Shown: in pieces, positions 55,284 to 64,000 of the stretch
Layout: every line of letters begins with the position of its first letter
Position numbering within the stretch: position 1 is the first letter of the stretch
NCBI GenBank assembly: GCA_002633005.1
Contig: NMRA01000317.1
Location: 62,001 to 126,000, forward strand
Direction: 5' to 3'
Length of the DNA stretch: 64,000 bases
DNA from: Phoronis australis
Lineage: Eukaryota; Animalia; Phoronida
Made by a program: the position numbers and the translations under genes
The notes under the pieces: model-generated
Database searches by the model: none
What the model was told of the DNA's origin: nothing
Seen by the model: only the letters and a program-made list of their open reading frames with translations

Positions 55284-58200
55284 GACAATGAGAAAATTCT
55301 GACTGCATTACGAGTTGCATCAAACCCAGAAGACAAACGTACCAAAATATTACACAGGACTTTCAATTTATGTGTTTGTATATTACACACCCGGAAATGT
55401 TAATCCCAGTTTCTGGCTTCCAGGGAGTCATCTACGAATGCAAACCTTTGTCACAAAAAGCCAAAAGTTATTCGCAGGGATTAATCATAATGAAATCAAA
55501 ATGTACAAGTGTATTAATATAGTACAAACAATAAGAATTTGAGGTCCTCTAACTATCAGTCGCTTGTGTTTCCAACTACGCTGTGTATACGCAATACAAT
55601 ATACAGTAGACCAGGACAGCAGGACATGCTGCCGTGAGGGAAGACCGGGATCTGATGTTGCCAACAAATGCACTTTGAAAAAAAACAAAGTCAAGAAACT
55701 CAACTCTTAAATGTACGTTTTAGAGTGACCTTAACCCGCATCCTTTTGAGTTTGTGAATAATTTGCACAAAATTAACATCAGAGTATGAACAATTTCAGA
55801 ATTATTAGGCTTTTAGATAACCATGGCAGAACACTCCAGTTGATCTCTTCGTATATTTCAGATATTTTTTCACATATTTCACCCTGAGTAAACAAACAGA
55901 CACTGACATCAGATCCCCAAATATCAGCAACTTGGGAAGGTAAACATGGTAACACATAGTCCCAATCTGTTTTGGCAAAACTAGAACTTCACCATGGACT
56001 AACTCCATACAATATTGTTCATTTTTTGAAAATCGGACTCTAAGCACGAGTCACAAGATGCAATGCTGAACAGGGACGAGACAAAAATCGCACCGTTCCG
56101 CGCAATGCACCTATTCGTGTTGCCCATGCATACCAACCCAAGCTCGACGGCAGAAATGCACAGAAAACACAATGGTTCAAGACGGTACAGCAAATACTAC
56201 AGACTCCATTAAATAAACCACGCTGTCGTCTACATTTGGCGGCACCATTAACCATTTAATGTCCAGTACTTAATACTGCTTCCAACTACACACAAATAAT
56301 CCCTGAGCATAAAAATGGTTAAGCAGCACCGTCACACAAACAAATACCCGTATAATTAAAAGCTACTCAAGCCTTTATAACAGTACACACAGGTTGAACA
56401 CAAGGGATATACTGCTCACTGGAATTTTCATGGTTTACAGTTAAAAATTTCCCTGTCTTGCTTCTATGGTAAAATCTCATAAATTCATACATTTTTTCAA
56501 TTTCAAATCCTTGCCACATTCGTGAAAATGTTTACAATTCTTAAAATATTGTACTATTGCTATGGCAGAGAACTTGAACTCTTACAAAGTACTCACACCA
56601 CGCAACTCCTAAAACGAGAAAATAACCTCTCAGTAGTCCATCACTGTGGTCTAAATTAATGAGATTTTACCCCAGTAGTTGAGGTAGCCATCAGAAAACC
56701 AGTAATCAAAATAATCATAACAGAAACATTTTTAAGACATGCTTGAAGCCTCATATGGAGATAAATAGGCCAAATCAGGCTAAAATCACCAACGTTTAAC
56801 CAGCATAAAACGAATTTACACAGCAAATCTAACCTCAGAAACAACTAACGAACTGCACTGTGTCCCTTGAGGAATTGTGTAAAACTGGGAACAATAACTC
56901 GACCAGTCAAAGAAGCTGTAAAACGTATCCGGCTAATGGTATGGGCCTGTAGGTGGCATCACAATGAAACAAATAAACAGTATATCCCTCAGACAGCCTG
57001 TAGCTCCAAGTAATTTACCAAGGACAATTGATAACAGCGGTACAGAAACACCGGATTAAACAACAGCACAGATACAAGACTCCTCGCAGTCAGCCGCATG
57101 CAACCAAACAGCCCTGCAAACTTTGGAGCTGCTCTAAGTTAAATGCTTTAAAGATACACAACAATATATAATTAATATAATCTTTGTCACAAACATGACC
57201 TCCCTGACCCAACTCGACATTCATACATATGTACAAGTCACAGACAAGAGCATGCTGTGTCAGAGAGTGTACAATATAGACCCTATAACAATTAGAACAT
57301 AACACCTAGATATTCTCTACAAATACAACAATTGTGTAATGTAAATCACTGACCATCTCATTTTGTGCACAAAATCTCTTTCTAAACTTCGTGAAGTTAC
57401 ATTCCTGAACAGATCAGTTACAGCACAAGCAATATTACACTGGCGTGGTAGAATGAAGCACAGTACATTTTAAGTCCTACATAAGACCTACTATATTATT
57501 CTGACTCAGGTGTGACGCACACCAATTTACAGACAGAATGTCCAGGGTAAAAACAGCATATACGACCCATGTATATGTCACTCTAGGACCCCAACATAGT
57601 GCTAACTATGACCCCCGTACATGTCAATCTAGGACCTCCACACTTCTTCCAACTACAATGTCATCTGAAATGAGTCACAGTTAGGCTTCAATTAATTGAG
57701 TCGTATGATTGGTCACTACACAGCCATACTGGCGTCGGGAGTTACCAGTGGTACCGAAGACATATCCGTTGAAACACTTATCAAGCGAACGAACTTCCAC
57801 ACCAACTTAACTCTGGAACTAGAGGAGCATCAAAGTTAACTGTGAAGTTAGTTGAACCTTCACACTGCCTTCAGAAAATAACCGAAACCAAATATCAAGT
57901 AATACTACAAGACGCCGTTGAGAGCAACACCTGACAATAACTCTGACGACGCAGGTGTTAACCCTTCATACCCCATTTATGAGTTGACGCTCCAGTGTTA
58001 AATCTACAAATCAGAGTGGTTTTATTTCGAAGGACACCTAAATCCAGTATTGGCACCTCTAAACACAAATTTCATGAGGTAGAAATCGAATAATTGTAGC
58101 AGCATTAACCTTCTAATGGCTGCGTAACACTATGCCATGGCATAACTAATGCTATCACCAATCAAACCAGGTGTGCATTCCATAGACGCGAGAACCACAC

Positions 58201-58393
58201 GAAAATGCAAGACTTCACTAGATGTCGCCGTGTACAACACGGGAAACACACAATCACACCAGCTTTCTCAGCCAGATTCTCACATCTGTGAAACTACCTA
58301 GGTTGTAGTTTTCTAATATGCACCAGTTCATTTTTGACAACAGATTAAGTCCCGGGGGGGTTACCCATTCTAAAGTCAATCTTTCATCCAACT

Positions 58394-58615
58394 TCAATTG
58401 TGGTCGTGTCCGGAAGTCATGTCTACCGGGGCCACCTGGTCCTTGCTTCTCTGTTTGATCTGCGCCAGGGCCTTCTGGCGGGGAGACATCACCCCCGTCA
58501 CTGGAAGAAGAGGGTCCCCAACCGTTGTGCTGAGTCGGTCCAACTCTGCTTTGAGGTCCGATATTTCAAGGCGCATTCGCACATTGTCCTGCTGGTATTC
58601 CTCCAGCATGTGATT
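58394..58615 (-). CDS. Terminal coding exon of the same unidentified gene (NHMLEEYQQDNVRMRLEISDLKAELDRL...GHDHN*)
   Basis: cgtttcag acceptor, 222 nt to TGA, heptad-like pattern; followed by ~3 kb of T/G-rich - strand sequence typical of a 3' UTR. Confidence 0.8.
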   Translation of the reverse strand, partial: NHMLEEYQQDNVRMRLEISDLKAELDRLSTTVGDPLLPVTGVMSPRQKALAQIKQRSKDQVAPVDMTSGHDHN

Positions 58616-58942
58616 CTGAAACGAGGACCAACATGTGAATGAACTACAGCCACTAAGCTCCTCTGAACGAGGACCAACATGTGCATGAACTACAGCCGCT
58701 AAGCTCCTCTCAACGAGGACCAACATGCGCATGAACTACAGCCACTAAGCTCCTCTGAACGAAGACCAACATGTGCATGAACTACAGCCACTAAGCTCCT
58801 CTGAACGAGGACCAACATGTGCATGAACTACAGCCACTAAGCTCCTCTAAACGAAGACCAACATGTGCATGAACTACAGCCACTAAGCTCCTCTGAACGA
58901 GGACCAACATGTGCATGAACTACAGCCACTAAGCTCCTCTGA
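58616..58942 (-). repeat. 46-bp tandem array (7 units) abutting and including the terminal-exon acceptor of the - strand gene
   Basis: Unit ctgaacgaggaccaacatgtgcatgaactacagccactaagctcct on the + strand, highly homogeneous. Confidence 0.95.
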
Positions 58943-60305
58943 GGTCTTACTGAAACAATATGGTTCAACTGCAGACACTCTACAGTATACAAATTTAGCA
59001 ATAAATTAACCCCAGCATAAGTGTGATCATTCCAAACTCCAAATAATGACAAACGAGGGTACACCTAACCCTAATCAGGTATAGCTTGAAATTGCAGATC
59101 TCAACAGCATATTCTTGAAGTAAAATCTAAGTCCTGGATTAAAGCACCAATGAGAAAGGACTAAGTAAGGAGGCTAATAAGAGATTGTTGCAGCCAGTCT
59201 TCGGATTTCTGATGAGGGTAACTACTGCCTGGCCAGGACAGATGGCCTTTATAACCTCAAATAAAAAAATGCTGCCAGTAGTCATAAGACTCTGACTGGG
59301 CGTTATCAGTTCAACAAAAGTGGGTTAGAATCAACCAATACCAATATACATAATGCAAGATAAAGTGTTGTTAAGGTGCCTTAAAAACAACAGGGTACTT
59401 TAAAATGGTAGAGTTGAACTAATATCAACACAGATTTGTAAAGGACATCTAGCCTTGTGACTACTGAGTGCCTGGGAATAATTAAAGTGACCAAAGACCA
59501 ACTCATTAATCAGCAGCTCTTTGCAGGAAGCATTGAGGATCAGTCATAAAACCACCAGCACAAAGTAATGCATCTAATGTGACAACAATAAAGCATATTT
59601 GCCGACTTCTACTGTATTTTTGAACTTGCAGAGTGTTACACTTGATTGCATAACCAAATTAAATGTTAATATCTATGATCTGATTAGACACAGGAATTAA
59701 GCAATGCAATATTGATCATTAAGTCTGATTACTCTAGCACTCACAGATGAACAGCCCAACATGCTTAAGAGGGTACCAGGCCTTTTGTAGAGAATGTTTT
59801 CAGAAAAGGTACCGTTTCACACCGATTTTTTGTCAAAAAAGGCACCTTCTGTAGGNTAAAACCACCAGCACAAAGTAATGCATCTAATGTGACAACAATA
59901 AAGCATATTTGCCGACTTCTACTGTATTTTTGAACTTGCAGAGTGTTACACTTGATTGCATAACCAAATTAAATGTTAATATCTATGATCTGATTAGACA
60001 CAGGAATTAAGCAATGCAATATTGATCATTAAGTCTGATTACTCTAGCACTCACAGATGAACAGCCCAACATGCTTAAGAGGGTACCAGGCCTTTTGTAG
60101 AGAATGTTTTCAGAAAAGGTACCGTTTCACACCGATTTTTTGTCAAAAAAAGGCACCTTCTGTAGGGAAACTGGTCGTGAAAGTCATTTTTCTGAGCGCC
60201 ATGTCCCATATACCTCTTCTACAGATGTATACCCAGCAGGCAACAGCCACTCCACTGCGGTAAAGTTTAGAAAACAGTGCAGGTCATGTGCTACTGAATA
60301 CGTAA

Positions 60306-60420
60306 TGAGACCCCCCCATGTCAGTGAGACCCCCAGTGTCAGTGAGACCTCCAGTGTCAGTGAGACCCCCAATGTCAGTGAGATCCCCCATGCCAGTGAG
60401 CCCCCAATGTCAGTGAGACC
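60306..60420 (+). repeat. 18-bp minisatellite (gtcagtgagacccccaat), ~6 units
   Basis: Directly visible; explains the VSETP repeats in ORF 60104-60502. Confidence 0.9.
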
Positions 60421-61326
60421 TCTAATTTCGTGGCTTTGCAATCATATGTCTCCCAGAATGCAACACTCAGAGGAGTGGTCCAATCACATACTTGCTGGCT
60501 AGTAATGTCTTAATGTCTCTGGAATGCTAGTAAATTCTGTGATGCTCAACTAATGCCAATTATAAACACAGACTTCACCTGTCTACTTCCTCATAAGATG
60601 ACTTCAGCAATCAAGTTGAACCATTTAGAATACACAACAGACATTCACAAGACTTAAATATTTATAAATAAGCAATAACACTAGGCACTGGTCAGAAGCT
60701 CAAACAACATTTTCCCCACTGCATAACAGTTGATGAGGGTGTATGCGTCCTGCAGAAGTTTCTAGCCAAAAGTAAGGGGGAGAAAAGAGAGCTCCCACGA
60801 ACATACTTGAGACATAACTAGCATAACTTACCAAAATGAGTCACTGAAGCGATTGGTCAGTGAGGTTGGAAAGTTGAATTATGGGATAGAAATTGTGAAT
60901 TATGGGATAGAAATCGCTCTTTCCGTAAGCAAAGATTTCTCGCCACAAATGCAAGGCTAATTTCTTGGATCTATGGACTGCAGACCAGACCAAGGATGTA
61001 TGCATGGAAAGACGATTAAGCACAGACCAAACTGACCCCCACAGATAAGTTTCCCCCGTACAAAATGGACGGCTATGTGCCTGAACTAGGCCAGGAAGTA
61101 GACACACACCAATACCACTACTTCAGTTCAAAAATGGACATTTTAAAAGAAAGACCCGTTTCAAACAAAAACTGACGAAAACCTACCCACAACTACATCA
61201 AAATCAAGATAAACCCAACCCATACTAGTGACACAAACGCACCCACACCCACACCCAACCACACACCAATCCTTATAGTGTGAGAATAGACTGAGCTAGT
61301 GGGCCATATGTCTAGCCAATACTTAC

Positions 61327-61461
61327 ATCAGGCTGATGGTGTGCTGGGGGAGGACTGGTCAGAGCAGGGCTGCGCTCACCATTCAACCTCATCAGAGCCG
61401 TCTTCATACTGGACAGCTCGCGAAACTGGTCTCGATTGGTCAGCCGAAGGACTTCATTCTC
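61327..61461 (-). CDS. Penultimate coding exon of an unidentified coiled-coil protein gene (ENEVLRLTNRDQFRELSSMKTALMRLNGERSPALTSPPPAHHQPD)
   Basis: On the - strand: ttttgcag acceptor, GAT|gtaagt donor; 135 nt, phase 0-0, GC-rich codon-like sequence; splices in frame to the exon at 58615. Confidence 0.8.
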
Positions 61462-64000
61462 CTGCAAAAACAGTTCAAATTGTTACTTTCGGTTTGTTAG
61501 TCAAAAATTTTCCATATTTAAAAGCACATCTCATATAGCCATCACAATTGCATTGTCTCAATAAAATTGAAACCCGAATAGAAGTTCAGCCAGAATTTCA
61601 AAAACAGTGCGTATCAAATGGGTTTTCCCAATTTCTCAGGTCATCCATGACCAATAACACATGACAGTGTTTTCAAGACATCAAGTCAAATTGCGATTAC
61701 AATGTTACTGCAGAGACATGGCTCTGCAATAAAGGTTTCCTATCTTACATCAATTCTAAACAAACTTTTTACTGTCAGGCCAATGAATTCCAGTAGCTGC
61801 TGCCACAAGTTAAAAGAGACAACAAAGCCTACTTTACTTGGGTGTCCAAATGCAGAACAGGGCCTCCTAGTTAGATGGTCTAAATTTGAGTCACGGTGTC
61901 TATATTAAGTCCTCAACATACTTTACATCAAGACCTAGCAACAACATGCACATACACTAGATCTACAAATATTAAAGGAGCTCCAAATTCACCAGGTGGC
62001 ACCACTGAACTACCAGTTCTATCAAAGCAATAGTAAAACTGGGATTCTGTTCCCAAACTATTCTAATAACACAACAAAAAGAGAACCTAAGCTCCACTAT
62101 CACCACCTAATAACACCAATCACATCAGTTAAAACAGGAGGGTTTTCTTAGTTTCACTAAAGCCAGTGTGTTTACTAAACAATCTTTAGATGTGCTTGAG
62201 ATTAGATTTACACTGGGTGAAATAACCGGCTCTACATTCAATAAGGAGTGTTGAGGAGGATGGAGACAATGGCTTCCTGAGTGCATGACATATGAAGGTT
62301 TTTTATTGCTAAATGAAGGGCAATTCACACAAACCGAATTCAAGCATCTTCTTTCATGGAGGTAGAAAAAAGGCATTGTATGATTGATCTAGCTTACATC
62401 TGAAATGAATAATGCTGTATCATGGCTCATTCCAGTTTCATGATGCCTGCACATTGTAACTCAGAATGCAGACCCCTCATCCATGAGGATAAAGGTACCT
62501 GTGCTTTCTGAGACGGGAATCTTATTGGATGAGGATGTGTTTAACAGGGATGGAAACTGAAATGGGTTTCAACCGAAAGCAATCAATTAGATAAAGATTT
62601 ATTCTTTACTTGAGGTACACTTAAGTGTCTTCAAATACCTAATTTCTCAAGAAATGTGAACAAGAAGAAAAGTTTACTTATTTCTTAGAATTCTCAAAAA
62701 GGGGGGGCTATTTTCCACAATTTTGTAACATTTTCGGCAAATACTTTTATTCAAATTTGAAAAACTGTGTAATCAAGAGTCCATTAAGAACCCCACCAGC
62801 CAGTACCTATTCCAGTTGTCTGGCATAAGTAGTCGGTAACAAGGCTCCACTCCAAAGCCAGCCAAACTGAGCATTGTGGTCCCAATTGATAGTCCTATGA
62901 TGGATAGATCTAACAACTGCCCTCATCAAACACCCATACCTCCTGGCTTACATTATGCAGGACTCAGCTGAAAACATCTTTCATTACATAAGCTTCACAT
63001 GATCACCTCACCTGAACTGAGGCAAGGCAACTCAAGCTCAACCCTTTCAAAATCACCTGGTTAAAACTAATGACCTAGAGCCCACTTCATGAAACTTGTT
63101 TTTAATGCAAGCTCAACAACAGGTAGCGCCACAGCAACTACATTCATTGTCCAACATTGTAATGCCGTGGTGGACTGGTTTTACATCTTGCGTTTTTCCT
63201 TGGTCACAATTCACAAATGAAACTCGTCTCCACAAAATCAGGTTCCACATTATAGAAATATCTTTGCCATCTTTTGATAATATTATTGTCTACTCTCTAT
63301 TACACAAACTCAGTTCAGTGAAAAGGACTTGCAGTATAAAAATAGCACTTGTAAAGGTAATAGCTAACCTCTTGCAAGTATAACAACTTTCTATTTTGGT
63401 CTAGGTATTCAAAAACTTGGTATGCGCACACTTACATAACTTGAATGTTACATAATCAGACTTCCAACGATGATTTTTCAGTCTGCAGGGAACTTGTCAC
63501 TCACTGCAACATTTTGCAATCTGGTCGCTTTTTCCAGTATACCAACATTATTTTAAAAAAATCAAAATCAAGTCACAGCTGAGGACAAAAAATAGCAAAC
63601 GATGTGTATCCCCCCCCTTCCCTTCCCCGTTGTCATATAAAGTCCACTTGTTCTTTTTAGCTCTTGACACACAAAGGTGCAGCACAATGTCATGAACCAG
63701 ACAGAATAAGTATGTCATGACCCAGACAAATGGGAAGAACATGTTAATTCCAACACATAGATCTCCCACAAAAATCACCCAACTCAGCACGGCACTTAAG
63801 GGAGTGCCAAGAGGAACAGTGATAAAATGCAGCGGGTAAAAAAAATGGGAAAACATGCTANAAACTCGTCTCCACAAAATCAGGTTCCACATTATAGAAA
63901 TATCTTTGCCATCTTTTGATAATATTATTGTCTACTCTCTATTACACAAACTCAGTTCAGTGAAAAGGACTTGCAGTATAAAAATAGCACTTGTAAAGGT

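Noticed and set aside
58616-58942. 46-bp array as CRISPR or as coding repeat (ORFs 58394-58732, 58837-59064)
   Set aside because: Head-to-tail units with no spacers; unit length not a multiple of 3; a good acceptor lies at the array edge.
59547-60166. 309-bp near-perfect direct duplication
   Set aside because: Copies are separated by a single N at 59856 and differ only in a homopolymer length: typical unmerged contig overlap.
63012-63056. Possible 45-nt phase-0 exon of the - strand gene (VILKGLSLSCLASVQ)
   Set aside because: Splice sites are plausible, but there is no homology or compositional support; left unannotated.
63220-64000. Sequence from 63220 repeated from 63862 to the window end
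   Set aside because: The repeat restarts immediately after a single N at 63861: assembly artefact.

Overview
AT-rich metazoan genomic DNA (probably a marine invertebrate bilaterian; species not determinable here). Most of the window is one + strand spliced gene, an ARHGEF10/ARHGEF10L-family Rho GEF (acidic Tyr-rich N-terminus, DH, PH, WD40-like propeller). I reconstructed it by hand as 22 phase-consistent GT-AG coding exons from 3955 to 49516 (about 1508 aa), plus a probable 57-nt cassette exon. It converges on the last two coding exons and long 3' UTR of an unidentified - strand coiled-coil gene (61461 down to 58394). Introns are full of non-autonomous elements: several MITE families, a fold-back Penelope-like GIY-YIG fragment carrying two decayed hammerhead-ribozyme motifs, and at least five same-orientation Helentron/DINE-1-type (HINE) elements. 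The most striking signal is that the internal ~145-bp tandem monomers of these HINEs each carry a close match to the CTCF consensus, so the element looks like a mobile, copy-number-variable array of co-oriented CTCF sites. A second pattern is tandem duplication of sequence containing real splice sites at three exon junctions. Two duplications next to single N bases are treated as assembly artefacts. No prokaryotic features, CRISPR arrays, intact tRNAs or rRNAs were seen.
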